From a virus, in IMG/VR virus record IMGVR_UViG_3300043446_003158, positions 113,188-177,187 of that record: DNA of 64,000 nt, one strand, 5' to 3'. Below the pieces are notes generated by a model, which saw only the letters and a list, made by a program, of their open reading frames with translations, had not been told where the DNA came from and did no database searches. This document shows, piece by piece, positions 1-9,431 of the stretch; position 1 is the stretch's first letter, and each line of letters begins with the position of its first letter. A program made the translations under genes and the position numbers.

Positions 1-117
1 AGGAATCTCACCCTTCTCCACAAACTCCTTGAATGTTTTTTTAGTATCATCGGGAAGAATACAATCCTCAATCACTTGAGGGCGGTACTTCTCCACAAAA
101 AGAAATTCACTTGTCAT
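1..117 (-). CDS. gp44: Clamp loader subunit gp44, N-terminal part (runs off the left edge)
   Basis: Hand translation MTSEFLFVEKYRPQVIEDCILPDDTKKTFKEFVEKGEIP has the RFC/gp44 N-terminal (W/F)VEKYRP motif; it lies two genes downstream of gp45. Confidence 0.9.
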   Translation of the reverse strand, partial: MTSEFLFVEKYRPQVIEDCILPDDTKKTFKEFVEKGEIP

Positions 118-120
118 AAT

Positions 121-633
121 TTAGATCCAATCAGGTTTTCGTTGCGGCATACGAAGATAATTAGATGCAACCCAAGGTTTGGATGCGATATACATCTTGT
201 AAGCAGTAAAAGTGTCAATGCTTGTGTCAAGTTTATACTCATCTGGCATAGCACGGGCAAATGGACTTACTTCTGTAATCTTCCCCTTAGGAAACAAATA
301 ATATGCTTGCAACAAAGTATTATAACATGAGTGTTGTTTACCATATCGCAAATTATATTCATCGGCAAGATTCATACCATGTTTAATTAACCAATAGGCA
401 TTATGAATACTATCCAGCGCCCATTTAGTACAAGGATGATTGCGAAATGCACCTTTTTCAGTTTTATAAGGAGTGCCATCACTCTTGTGTAGAGGACCAT
501 ATCCATGACCCCATTTGTCAGATGCCACAATAGAAAGCATTTGGCAGCACTCTAGAGGCATCTTAACGATGTGTTTGTCAGGAAGGCAAATGGCACTTTC
601 AGCAGGCCAAGGGGAAGTTACAAAAATGTTCAT
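121..633 (-). CDS. denV: Pyrimidine-dimer DNA glycosylase / endonuclease V-like protein
   Basis: N-terminus MNIFVT...LPDKHIVKMPLECCQML and the NHPCTKW motif are typical of DenV-like phage glycosylases. Confidence 0.7.
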   Translation of the reverse strand: MNIFVTSPWPAESAICLPDKHIVKMPLECCQMLSIVASDKWGHGYGPLHKSDGTPYKTEKGAFRNHPCTKWALDSIHNAYWLIKHGMNLADEYNLRYGKQHSCYNTLLQAYYLFPKGKITEVSPFARAMPDEYKLDTSIDTFTAYKMYIASKPWVASNYLRMPQRKPDWI

Positions 634-1316
634 CCGAAGGTTGAATCAGGTTCCAGAGCAATATAATACTTCAGATTGTACTTGGTGTTCGTGAATTGTG
701 ACAAAAGTTTAGAAGACACCACAACGTCATACGCACCAGGAATAATCTTGATGTTTTCTACTTTAAAGTTAAAGGTAAACTCGGTATCAGTTTCACCAAC
801 AACGATAGCATATTCATTAGAAGTATCATTTTTCTTATCACGAACCACAAGTTTAATGACACCCGCCTCACCAATGGCAGAAAAATCTGGAAGTTGATAA
901 ACTGCTGCTGCCTTTACCAGTTTTTCAAGAGATGTGCTATCAAGTTGAAAGCAAACATCTTTTGAAGGTAATTGAATATCCTTTTCAGGAGGAGAAACAA
1001 TTACGTTAGGATCTGCGAAGAAATACTTTACTCGCCTCTTACCTTCACGAATGCTCAAATAAGATTCTTCCTTAAAGTCCAGATCTGGATCTTGGTGAAG
1101 TCCAAGTCCATTCAAGAACTGATTAAGATCATAAATGGCAAAATCACGAGGAAACTCTTCAGTAATCTCTGCTTCTGCCAGGATATTTTTTGCCACGGAA
1201 ATAGTACGAAGGCGATTTCCTCCTTTTACAAGAATTGAATTGTTAATACTTGCAAAATTCTTAAGGATAGTCAACGTGTTATCGGAAAGTTTCATAGTTT
1301 CTGGTTTTAGTTTCAC
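630..1316 (-). CDS. gp45: DNA polymerase sliding clamp gp45
   Basis: MKLSDNTLTILKNFASINNSILVK...FAIYDLNQFL...KYYIALEPDS matches T4-like gp45; gp44 is nearby. Confidence 0.95.
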   Translation of the reverse strand: MKLKPETMKLSDNTLTILKNFASINNSILVKGGNRLRTISVAKNILAEAEITEEFPRDFAIYDLNQFLNGLGLHQDPDLDFKEESYLSIREGKRRVKYFFADPNVIVSPPEKDIQLPSKDVCFQLDSTSLEKLVKAAAVYQLPDFSAIGEAGVIKLVVRDKKNDTSNEYAIVVGETDTEFTFNFKVENIKIIPGAYDVVVSSKLLSQFTNTKYNLKYYIALEPDSTFG

Positions 1317-1840
1317 TTGTTTTCAATAAGATTAAGGTGATTAATTAGAAGAATAGTATAGTGTAAAACCTTGAACAAATCAGCACGAGGAGTGCCCTTG
1401 GTGTCATAGCGATCAATATACTTGGTTACATTACCTGCACAGAATCCTTCGCGGCGATTATGTTTGATTTTGTCAAGAGTTTGCTCCTTTCCACCACCAG
1501 TGCGATCCACATAATGCTGCCTATATGTGCTAGCAATATATTCTTCAAGTTGTTTAAGAATTTTATCTTCGTTGTATTTCCAAAAACCGTTTTTGTTAGT
1601 ATCTTCAGGCATTTTAATATTATAAGAATTTAAAGAAAAAGTATCAGAAGACGCAAAAGGATTACCAGTCAAACTAATACCATCATAATTCCAAAAATCT
1701 TGGGAATGGTCTACCATTCCACCAGGAAGATGAGATCCAGAAAAAGAAATGGTATCTGATCCACTTGCACCAAAAATGGTTGATTTTCCAGTGGAAATGT
1801 AGTCTGAATAGTTTGTTTCAAAATTTTGAGAGGCGGTCAT
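1313..1840 (-). CDS. Conserved phage protein with a C-terminal DUF3310-like region
   Basis: C-terminal YIASTYRQHY...FCAGNVTKYIDRYDTKGTPRADLFKVLHY resembles DUF3310-type proteins. Start moved to the ATG at 1840, which has a GGAGA SD. Confidence 0.55.
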   Translation of the reverse strand: MTASQNFETNYSDYISTGKSTIFGASGSDTISFSGSHLPGGMVDHSQDFWNYDGISLTGNPFASSDTFSLNSYNIKMPEDTNKNGFWKYNEDKILKQLEEYIASTYRQHYVDRTGGGKEQTLDKIKHNRREGFCAGNVTKYIDRYDTKGTPRADLFKVLHYTILLINHLNLIENK

Positions 1841-1896
1841 AATTCTCCATAGTAAAAAAACAAAGGGAAGGCATATCTTTACCTTCCCCAATTATA

Positions 1897-3027
1897 TCAG
1901 AACGGAGCAGGTTGGTCAATATATTCAACCGTCAATTCAGGTTGAGTAGGCATCTGGAAATCAGCATCAACCTTGTCGTAAAGTTCAAGAAAAGATTGCT
2001 TAGTTGCATCATCAAAACGATTGATGCAAACTTGAATTGCTTTTGCCTTGTCATTAAAGATGCTGTAAGCACGGATAATATGAGTCAGGCGGCGGGTGCT
2101 GATAATTTCTTCAATGGCACCTTCATAGAAGGTTTTACGAATTACATCTGCCCAATCCACCAGACGCTTGCAGAAATCACGGTCTTCCACGCCAAGGTCT
2201 AGAGCGATGCCTTCCAGGATCTTCTGCTCGGTTGCAGGAGCAGGATAGGACTGTTCAAAAGTCACAGGGAAACGCTCCAGGAATGCCTCATTGAGCACGT
2301 TGGTGCCGATGAAGCGCCCATCATCAGAACCCTTACCCTTGGTGTTGGCGGTGGCGAACACGTTGAACCCAGCAGCAGGTTTTACGAACTTACCAATCTT
2401 CTTCAGGAATACACCCTTGCCTTCCAGAACGGATTGAAGACAGAGGATTTTGTTAGAGGCAAGGTCAATCTCATCCAGCAGAAGAATTGCACCACGCTCA
2501 AGTGCCTCAATCACAGGACCATTGTGCCATGCAGTGTTCCCATCAACAAGCCTAAAACCACCAATAAGGTCATCTTCATCAGTCTCAATCGTAATATTTA
2601 CACGAATCAATTCACGCTTAAGTTGAGCACAAGCTTGCTCAACACTGAACGTTTTGCCATTACCCGAAAGACCCGTAATGAACGTAGGATAAAAAAGATT
2701 GGACTGAATAATCTTTTTAAGATCGTTAAAATTACCAAACTTGACGAAGGTATCATCTTTATCTGGAATGAGGTTTTGTTCCACAGAAGGAAGGGCAGCA
2801 GGAGCACTAAAAGAACGTTCAATTTCTTCTACACGTTCTTGAGTTACTTCAAGATTCCAGCGCCCACGATCAGTTTTAAATTGTTCCAAACGGCGTGTCA
2901 CAGTAGGATAAGAAAGGTTGCGAGAAGCACAGAAACCACGGATGTCTCCCGCAGAAAGTTCGGTGCCGTAAAGAGTTTTGAGTGATTCAATCAGTTGTTC
3001 GTCGCTCACAGAAATTTTACGAGGCAT
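1897..3027 (-). CDS. cobS: CobS-like MoxR-family AAA+ ATPase
   Basis: Walker A GLSGNGKT, Walker B LLLDEID, ATANTKGKG and FLERF motifs; a standard gene of T4-like cyanophages. Confidence 0.85.
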   Translation of the reverse strand: MPRKISVSDEQLIESLKTLYGTELSAGDIRGFCASRNLSYPTVTRRLEQFKTDRGRWNLEVTQERVEEIERSFSAPAALPSVEQNLIPDKDDTFVKFGNFNDLKKIIQSNLFYPTFITGLSGNGKTFSVEQACAQLKRELIRVNITIETDEDDLIGGFRLVDGNTAWHNGPVIEALERGAILLLDEIDLASNKILCLQSVLEGKGVFLKKIGKFVKPAAGFNVFATANTKGKGSDDGRFIGTNVLNEAFLERFPVTFEQSYPAPATEQKILEGIALDLGVEDRDFCKRLVDWADVIRKTFYEGAIEEIISTRRLTHIIRAYSIFNDKAKAIQVCINRFDDATKQSFLELYDKVDADFQMPTQPELTVEYIDQPAPF

Positions 3028-3059
3028 GATTTAGTTGGGTGATTTGTTTCAACAAAGTA

Positions 3060-3117
3060 ATTATACAAGCAAAAAGGGGGCAGGTAAGTGCCCCCTGTGA
3101 CAGTTTAGAAATTGGTC
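3060..3117 (-). promoter_or_regulatory. Early-type promoter of cobS: TATAAT -10, hairpin and upstream pseudo-palindrome
   Basis: Minus-strand TATAAT at 3060-3065; stem GGGGGCA/TGCCCCC at 3076-3095 followed by a T-run on the minus strand (also a likely terminator); motif TGTGACAGTTTAGAAATTGGTC at 3096-3117. Confidence 0.6.
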
Positions 3118-3118
3118 G

Positions 3119-3292
3119 TCAGTCCATAGTAAACTTCTTTTTTGGAAGTGGTTTTTTAGGAGCAGGAACTGCTTCAACAACAGGTGCTGGTTCTACTACA
3201 GAAACTGCTTCAACAACAGGTGCTGGTTCTACTACAGGTGCTGATTCTACTACAGGTGCTGGTTCTTGAAAAAAATCTGTAAATCTACTCAT
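3119..3292 (-). CDS. 57-aa protein with (E/A)PAPVVE repeats
   Basis: Hand translation MSRFTDFFQEPAPVVESAPVVEPAPVVEAVSVVEPAPVVEAVPAPKKPLPKKKFTMD; a late-promoter-like ATAAATA lies upstream near 3318. Confidence 0.7.
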   Translation of the reverse strand: MSRFTDFFQEPAPVVESAPVVEPAPVVEAVSVVEPAPVVEAVPAPKKPLPKKKFTMD

Positions 3293-3322
3293 TAGATGCG
3301 ATAGAATTCTATAAATTATTTA

Positions 3323-5476
3323 TCAAGCAACAAGTTCTACAAACTCACCAAGAATTTTCTTATTCATTTTTTTAGTCTTCAAACTTTTCACAAATGCACT
3401 TTTAATCTGTGCTTTTGTAGCATCTTCAGCAACAGAAAATTCAGATTCTTGAGAAAGAGCACTAGAAGAAAGACCAAAATAAGAATGATATCCTGAACTT
3501 TTGATGGAAAATGCTTTTTCCTTTTTCCAAGAAGTCATTACTTTATCATACTCACTTCCATAATAACCACAATAACGGCGAATAAAATTACCAGCATCAC
3601 GAGATTCAAGAACACGAATTCCAATAAAATTAATATCCGCAAATTTATCCCTCAAGTTGCGAAGAAGAATATTAGTAAATTCATGCCATTCACAATCACA
3701 CGAATAAGTCATTCCAGTTTTACGATCACGAAGGAATGCACTAGGTCCGATATGAGAAGTTCCAATATAAGGTTCATCTTCCCAACGGCGATGAACTTCA
3801 CGGTGATACTTAACAGGGCAAGCTTCACCATCGGTTAGAACAACACACTGAACCTTCTGTAGTTTGTTTTCTTTTTGAAATTTAGGAAGAATTTGGTGCA
3901 TGGAAATAAGCGCCTCATTCAAAGGAGTTCCAGAAAGACTCATACCAGTAGGAACATTATACCTGGTATAAGATTTATAACCAAAACTTGCAGCAAGACG
4001 AAAGACGTTTTTCATCTGTTCCTCAAGTACTTTACCATTTACTTTACTAGTAAACAGATTCATCATGGAGAACCATTCACCAACTTGAACAAGTCCATCT
4101 TTTTTCTTGTAGGCAAGTTGCCGAATGTTTGCCTTCCCATTTTCATCATAGGACCAAAGAGGATAATCTGTCGTAAACGCATAGACATCAAAAGGAATAG
4201 AAACTTTTTTACAGAACCAAATCAAGTTAAAAAGTTGTTTGACAGTATCCATCATAACTTCTTGCATGGATCCAGACCAGTCAAGAATAAAAATCAGACC
4301 ATGGTTCTTACCATCGGCAAGTGTTGTAACCTTTTTAAAAATATCTTCGTTATATTTGTAGGTATGAAGTTTGGAGCAGTCCAGAACACCCGTGCGGGCA
4401 GTAGAAGCACGAGCATAGGAGTCTGCTGCTTTACGGCATTCAAACTCTTTTACCAGATAGTTGACTTCCTTTTGAGCAGAACGCTTGAATTCAACAAACT
4501 GTTTGTCAACTTCTCCAAAAAGATCTTCATGAGTGTACCCAACATTCTCTGCATAGTCTGACCAACTTTTTTTGCAATTAGAATGAATCTCCTCATTTGG
4601 AACAATAACCTTATTCAAATCAAGTTGAGGAAGTTCAAGATAAACATTCTCGTAACCATCAGAATTTACAAGATCCTTAAGTGCATCTTCAAGTGATTCC
4701 ATCGTTTTTACTTCAGGATCACTTTCTTCACCACCTTCAATAGATGAAGAAGGTTTTTTCTCTTGCTCTGGAGTTTTTTCGTTTGAGGCAGAACCTTGCG
4801 ATCCTTCAGAAGAAGGTTGGTCGTTTTCACCTTCTTGTTGATCCGTAAAATCAGATGCAGGTTGTTGACTTGCCCCACCCTGTTGAGATTCCAGATTATC
4901 AATCTGAATTTTAGTTTCTTCTTGTTGCTTTTGCTTACAATATTTGTACAGTTCTTCTGCCGCAATCAAAACATCGGCAAACGTTTCAGTTTCTGCAATC
5001 AAATTAATGATTTCAGTTTCTTGCCCACGCTCAATCGGAACATTTACATAATTACCAATCTTAAACCACAGGTTTGCACGGTCGGCAAGAGTATAAGTTT
5101 CCAGATTATCATCTTTAATTTGAAAGAAATCTTCGTCACAGAATTCCTTATAACCGTTATAAAAGGTCTTGGAAAGACCAGGATAACGGCGCTTCATCAT
5201 CTTCTCAATACGTGCATCTTCTACGATGTTCACAAATTGGGGAGGAACTTTTACGTTTTTAGTCCAATCCTCATCAGGAGTATAGAGAGCATGTCCAACT
5301 TCGTGACCCACCAGAAGATCATACACGGTGTTGCTTGCCTTCTCCCACATAGGAAGTGTAAGAACACGGGTGTGAACGTTAAAGCAGGCAGTTTCTACCT
5401 TCTTGTGCTCAACCACAAGGTCTTCGGTGGCAAGCAGTTTGGCAAGTTGAGACTTGATTTCGTGGCGAACGGTCAT
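3323..5476 (-). CDS. Metallopeptidase-like + vWA domain protein (CobT-like partner of the MoxR ATPase)
   Basis: HEVGH zincin motif, vWA MIDAS DWSGS, GTPL and LTDGE motifs; adjacent to cobS. Start set at MTVRHEIK (5476). Confidence 0.8.
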   Translation of the reverse strand: MTVRHEIKSQLAKLLATEDLVVEHKKVETACFNVHTRVLTLPMWEKASNTVYDLLVGHEVGHALYTPDEDWTKNVKVPPQFVNIVEDARIEKMMKRRYPGLSKTFYNGYKEFCDEDFFQIKDDNLETYTLADRANLWFKIGNYVNVPIERGQETEIINLIAETETFADVLIAAEELYKYCKQKQQEETKIQIDNLESQQGGASQQPASDFTDQQEGENDQPSSEGSQGSASNEKTPEQEKKPSSSIEGGEESDPEVKTMESLEDALKDLVNSDGYENVYLELPQLDLNKVIVPNEEIHSNCKKSWSDYAENVGYTHEDLFGEVDKQFVEFKRSAQKEVNYLVKEFECRKAADSYARASTARTGVLDCSKLHTYKYNEDIFKKVTTLADGKNHGLIFILDWSGSMQEVMMDTVKQLFNLIWFCKKVSIPFDVYAFTTDYPLWSYDENGKANIRQLAYKKKDGLVQVGEWFSMMNLFTSKVNGKVLEEQMKNVFRLAASFGYKSYTRYNVPTGMSLSGTPLNEALISMHQILPKFQKENKLQKVQCVVLTDGEACPVKYHREVHRRWEDEPYIGTSHIGPSAFLRDRKTGMTYSCDCEWHEFTNILLRNLRDKFADINFIGIRVLESRDAGNFIRRYCGYYGSEYDKVMTSWKKEKAFSIKSSGYHSYFGLSSSALSQESEFSVAEDATKAQIKSAFVKSLKTKKMNKKILGEFVELVA

Positions 5477-5496
5477 GGGTTTGTTGCGTATGGACC

Positions 5497-5554
5497 CATA
5501 ATACAAAAAAAGAGGGTGGTAAAACCCTCCAGTGTGCCAGTTTGAAAAGTGGTC
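5497..5554 (-). promoter_or_regulatory. Early-type promoter with hairpin and upstream pseudo-palindrome
   Basis: Minus-strand TATTAT -10-like box near 5497; GAGGGT/ACCCTC stem; motif TGTGCCAGTTTGAAAAGTGGTC at 5533-5554. Confidence 0.55.
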
Positions 5555-5563
5555 CCAATATTT

Positions 5564-6520
5564 TTACATAAAGTTTTTTCTACCACCATGAGCAGCCATT
5601 ACTGAAGCAATTGCTTGGCGAGAAACTTCTCTACGTCTCTCATCAGCGGCTTTACGTTCAGCATCACTCATGGGTTTTGCTGGTTTTTGTGGTTTTGTAG
5701 ATCCTCTACCAGCACCAACTCCACCTCTCTCAAGTCTTCTATCATTTGCTCTATCAGACTCTTCCTCACTAATCATAATATTTTGTTTCCATTCTCTACT
5801 CATGTTTTCTAGAATTGCAAGTGCTGCTTCTTCAGTATCTGCATAACCTTCATCAATTAAATATGCCATAATATACTCATCATTTAAACCTTTCCTTGCT
5901 ACATGACCAGCAAGTTTAGCAGCACCAGATGCTCCCTTTCCAACTTCTTTTGCAACTCCACCAACATGCCCTGCTGCTTTTTTAATAGTTTTTCCAGTTT
6001 CTTTTGCAGCATTCATAGCAGCATTATGTCTTGCAATTCCTCTATTAATTGCACCAGCAACACGATCTAATACACCTGGTTTTTTAGGCTGTTTCTTTGC
6101 AGCAGCAGAAACGGCAGATTGTCTCTGTAAAGATGCCTTCATTCCTGATGGTTTTGCTGCAGATGCTTTTGATTCTGCATCTCTTCTTGCTGCCTTTTGA
6201 GCACGAAGTCTTTCAAGAGACTTACCAGTTGGTTTACCAGATTTGAACTTTTGCCCCTTTGCAGTCACAGGTTCAATTCTAGTACCACCTGCTCTTGCCT
6301 CACTCAAAACATATTCTTCAGCAATATCATAAACAAACTCGGTAAATTCTTCATCACCAAGTTCTTCAATCAAAATATCAATACCTTCTTCGTTTAAACC
6401 CATCTCATAGAAATATTGTGCAGCAATTTCTACTTCTTCTGAAAATTCTTGCGTTACATCTTCCTGGGCATATACATTTTCATATGCCTCAAATAAGGAT
6501 TGCATTTCCGTTGCTTTCAT
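5564..6520 (-). CDS. Hypothetical late protein with acidic ends and an Ala/Lys-rich middle
   Basis: 318-aa ORF with two related YFYEMGLNEEG / YLIDEGYADTEE segments; TATAAATA upstream. Confidence 0.7.
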   Translation of the reverse strand: MKATEMQSLFEAYENVYAQEDVTQEFSEEVEIAAQYFYEMGLNEEGIDILIEELGDEEFTEFVYDIAEEYVLSEARAGGTRIEPVTAKGQKFKSGKPTGKSLERLRAQKAARRDAESKASAAKPSGMKASLQRQSAVSAAAKKQPKKPGVLDRVAGAINRGIARHNAAMNAAKETGKTIKKAAGHVGGVAKEVGKGASGAAKLAGHVARKGLNDEYIMAYLIDEGYADTEEAALAILENMSREWKQNIMISEEESDRANDRRLERGGVGAGRGSTKPQKPAKPMSDAERKAADERRREVSRQAIASVMAAHGGRKNFM

Positions 6521-6541
6521 TTTTATAAAAACGTTTTTAGT

Positions 6542-6549
6542 TATTTATA
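6542..6549 (-). promoter_or_regulatory. T4-type late promoter TATAAATA
   Basis: Exact gp55 consensus on the minus strand, 22 nt before the ATG at 6520. Confidence 0.8.
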
Positions 6550-6556
6550 AAAAGAC

Positions 6557-6775
6557 TCATTCTTCATCCGCATGAGGATTTGCTTTTTTATCAGTTTTTA
6601 CTGTATTTCTATACTTGTTAATTGCGGTAGATAGTTTATCAAAATGTGATCTAGCTTGAGATGCTGTTTGTTGTGCGGCAGCATCTGTAGCATCACTCCT
6701 TTTTTTCAAATTTTCTAATCTATCTTTAAATTGTTGAGATTTACTTTCAATTTGAAATTCTTGAAAGGTTTTCAT
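6557..6775 (-). CDS. Hypothetical protein (MKTFQEF-type start)
   Basis: 72-aa ORF preceded by TATAAATA at 6794-6801. Confidence 0.65.
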   Translation of the reverse strand: MKTFQEFQIESKSQQFKDRLENLKKRSDATDAAAQQTASQARSHFDKLSTAINKYRNTVKTDKKANPHADEE

Positions 6776-6788
6776 TTTAATTAATTTT

Positions 6789-6932
6789 TTAGATATTTAT
6801 AAATGAAGAAGCGCCCCCTTGGAGGCGCTTCTTGAGTGCTTGGCGTCGTGCCTTTGCTTGTCGGAGTGCTTGAGGTTTAAGTTTCCTCTTCTGTTCCTTT
6901 TTGGAGTGGTGTTGCCAGTTGGGGGTGTTCAT
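6789..6932 (-). CDS. Small basic protein (47 aa)
   Basis: Hand translation MNTPNWQHHSKKEQKRKLKPQALRQAKARRQALKKRLQGGASSFINI; starts 1 nt after the ugd stop. Confidence 0.65.
   Translation of the reverse strand: MNTPNWQHHSKKEQKRKLKPQALRQAKARRQALKKRLQGGASSFINI
6794..6801 (-). promoter_or_regulatory. T4-type late promoter TATAAATA
   Basis: Exact consensus upstream of the ORF starting at 6775. Confidence 0.75.
6806..6833 (-). terminator. Stem-loop, probable terminator of the gp55/47/46/ugd transcript
   Basis: 10-bp inverted repeat AAGAAGCGCC / GGCGCTTCTT. Confidence 0.55.
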
Positions 6933-6933
6933 T

Positions 6934-7722
6934 TTAGGTTACGGCCCAGTCTATGACCGTGCGAATTTGTTGGTTGTAAGACCATACAGACTTTAGCATA
7001 TCAGCATCCACTCCGTGGGTTTCCATTTGAACTATGAGGGAATTCAGATCTTTAGGGAAGCAGGTGCCACCAAATCCACGATCATTATCAAATCCAGGAA
7101 CTTGAGTATGAGATTGCCCAATTCTACTATCGGAAGTTACACCAGAACACACCGTATCATAATTCATCCCTACTGCTTCGCAGAGATCATACATTTTATT
7201 AAAGTATGCAACCTTCAGTGCTAGGAAACTATTGGCAAAATATTTAATTGCCTCACTTTCATCAGAAGTAGTTATAACACTTGGAATTTCTGGAAATATA
7301 GTTTTAAAGAAATTTACAAATTGCTGACAAATATTTTTGTCTCCACCAACAACATTTCTTTCAGAATTTCTAAAATCCTCAACAGCATTTCTTGCAGTTA
7401 AAAATTCTGGATTATGAATAACTTTATATTTTTTAGAATATTTTTTAGTAGTTCCAATAGGTACAGTTGATTTAATTACAAAAATACCATCAACAGTTTT
7501 TGGAAGATCTTTAAAAAAATTATCTAAAATTGAAAGATCACATTCTCCAGTACTTTTCATGGGAGTGGGGAGACAAACAAAAATAAATGCTTGTCTTAAA
7601 ACTTCATCTAATGTATTGAAAGATTTATTTTTATCTACATCAAAAACTTTACAAGTTACTTTATCTCTTAAATTTTGATATACTGCATTTCCAACAAATC
7701 CATTTCCAATAATTCCAATCAT
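6934..7722 (-). CDS. ugd: UDP-glucose/GDP-mannose 6-dehydrogenase family protein (lacks the C-terminal domain)
   Basis: Rossmann GNGFVG, FICLPTP, IKSTVPIGT, HNPEFL, KYFANSFLA and the catalytic GFGGTCFPKD; only 262 aa. Confidence 0.8.
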   Translation of the reverse strand: MIGIIGNGFVGNAVYQNLRDKVTCKVFDVDKNKSFNTLDEVLRQAFIFVCLPTPMKSTGECDLSILDNFFKDLPKTVDGIFVIKSTVPIGTTKKYSKKYKVIHNPEFLTARNAVEDFRNSERNVVGGDKNICQQFVNFFKTIFPEIPSVITTSDESEAIKYFANSFLALKVAYFNKMYDLCEAVGMNYDTVCSGVTSDSRIGQSHTQVPGFDNDRGFGGTCFPKDLNSLIVQMETHGVDADMLKSVWSYNQQIRTVIDWAVT

Positions 7723-9431
7723 ACACTAATCCTACTAAATCCTTTTACTTTATCAAATTTTATCACATTTTCAAATTTATCGTGCAAATCTGTTTTATGA
7801 GAGATCACAAAGATATTAGCATCTTTGATCACATAACGGATAATCTTAAGAAACTCATCAGTTCCGAATCCATCAAGCGATGAATCAAAGACCTCATCCA
7901 TAATCAGCAGATTGGTATTGACGGAGTTTTTGACTCGGGCGACTTCTCTCCAAGTGAAGAGAAGGGCAAGGTCGATTCTCATTTTCTCACCCTCACTAAA
8001 GGAACTATAAGAAAAGTCTTCGTGAATGGGTGATTTTACTGTTTCATTAAATTCTTCATCCAGATGAAAATTAATATAAAAGTCCATCATCTGAAGATAA
8101 CGATTCACCTGCTGATTTATGAACGGAAGATACTTCTTAATGATCTTCGTTTTAACGCCATCGTCCTTGAGTAAGGAATAGGCAAAATCGTAATAAACGA
8201 TTTTTTGTTTTTTGTTTGAAAGGTCTTCTATTGTGTTTTGGAGATTAGTTTGAAATTCTTCTAGCTTCTCATGTTCAGTATTTCTGTTTGCAAGGTTTTT
8301 GGTAATAGTTTGAATTTCAGATTCAAGTTCTCGTATTTGTCTCTGGTTGAGTGAAATGCGAGTATTGTTTTGAGAAATCTCATGGTTGAGTTTTGTAATC
8401 TCCTTGGAAAGAACTGTAAATTGACGCTCTCGTTCTTTTTCTAATTCTATTGCCTCCTCAAGTTCTTGAAAACCTTTCTGGAGTTCCTTTGCTTTATTTT
8501 GAGCATCTACAATTCTATTTAACCGAAATTCTTCTTCTATAGTTTGAGTGCAAGTAGGGCATACCGTATTTTCAGTAAAAAACTTATGCTCTTTGGTAAT
8601 AGTAAATACTTTTTGAGATAATTTCCCCTTTAAATTGTTAAGCTTTACTAACTTTTCTTCTGCACCAATAACTTCTTCTTGCTCTTTAATGTACTTAAAA
8701 ATACTTTCTTCAATAACAGAATTATCTGTCATATAAACACCAACTTCATTATCTAAATTGGCAATCTTTTCTTTATTGGCATTTATATTGGCATTTCCAC
8801 GATTCTCAAGTTCTTCAATAAAATCTTGTTGCATTTTAATTTTGTCTTTAAAATTTTCTTTTGCAACATTTAAAGATTTAATTTCATCCTTTTGAGCACG
8901 AATTTTATCTTTGACAATATTATTCATCGCAGAAAAAATACGAATATCTAAAAGATCTTCAATTACCTCACGTCGATTTGCAGAAGTCAACTGCATAAAA
9001 GGAACAAATGCACTACTTCCCAAAATTACAATCTGGGTAAAAGATTTATAATTTACTTTAAGAATATTCTCTTCAAGAATTCTTTGATTAGCACGATCAT
9101 CCGCTTCTTTGTGAAGAGGTTGACCATTTACTTCAATATCAAAAACATTTGGTTTAATTCCACGGCGAACCAAATAATCTCTACCATTAACAGAAAATTC
9201 AATTTCAACTAAACAATCTTTTTCGTTTACAGTATTGACTAACTGTGGTTTATTAATTTTACGAAAAGGTTTATTAAAAAGAACAAACGTAAGAGCATCA
9301 AGGATTGTAGACTTTCCTGCTCCGTTTGTTCCAATAATTAAATTTGTATTGTTTGATTCTAAATTAACTTCAGTAAATTGATTTCCAGTTGAAAGAAAAT
9401 TTTTCCACTTGATTTTATGAAATACTAACAT
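7719..9431 (-). CDS. gp46: Recombination endonuclease ATPase subunit gp46 (SbcC/Rad50-like)
   Basis: Walker A GTNGAGKST, CPTC zinc hook, FSEGEKMRIDLA signature, LLIMDEVFD. Confidence 0.95.
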   Translation of the reverse strand: MLVFHKIKWKNFLSTGNQFTEVNLESNNTNLIIGTNGAGKSTILDALTFVLFNKPFRKINKPQLVNTVNEKDCLVEIEFSVNGRDYLVRRGIKPNVFDIEVNGQPLHKEADDRANQRILEENILKVNYKSFTQIVILGSSAFVPFMQLTSANRREVIEDLLDIRIFSAMNNIVKDKIRAQKDEIKSLNVAKENFKDKIKMQQDFIEELENRGNANINANKEKIANLDNEVGVYMTDNSVIEESIFKYIKEQEEVIGAEEKLVKLNNLKGKLSQKVFTITKEHKFFTENTVCPTCTQTIEEEFRLNRIVDAQNKAKELQKGFQELEEAIELEKERERQFTVLSKEITKLNHEISQNNTRISLNQRQIRELESEIQTITKNLANRNTEHEKLEEFQTNLQNTIEDLSNKKQKIVYYDFAYSLLKDDGVKTKIIKKYLPFINQQVNRYLQMMDFYINFHLDEEFNETVKSPIHEDFSYSSFSEGEKMRIDLALLFTWREVARVKNSVNTNLLIMDEVFDSSLDGFGTDEFLKIIRYVIKDANIFVISHKTDLHDKFENVIKFDKVKGFSRISV

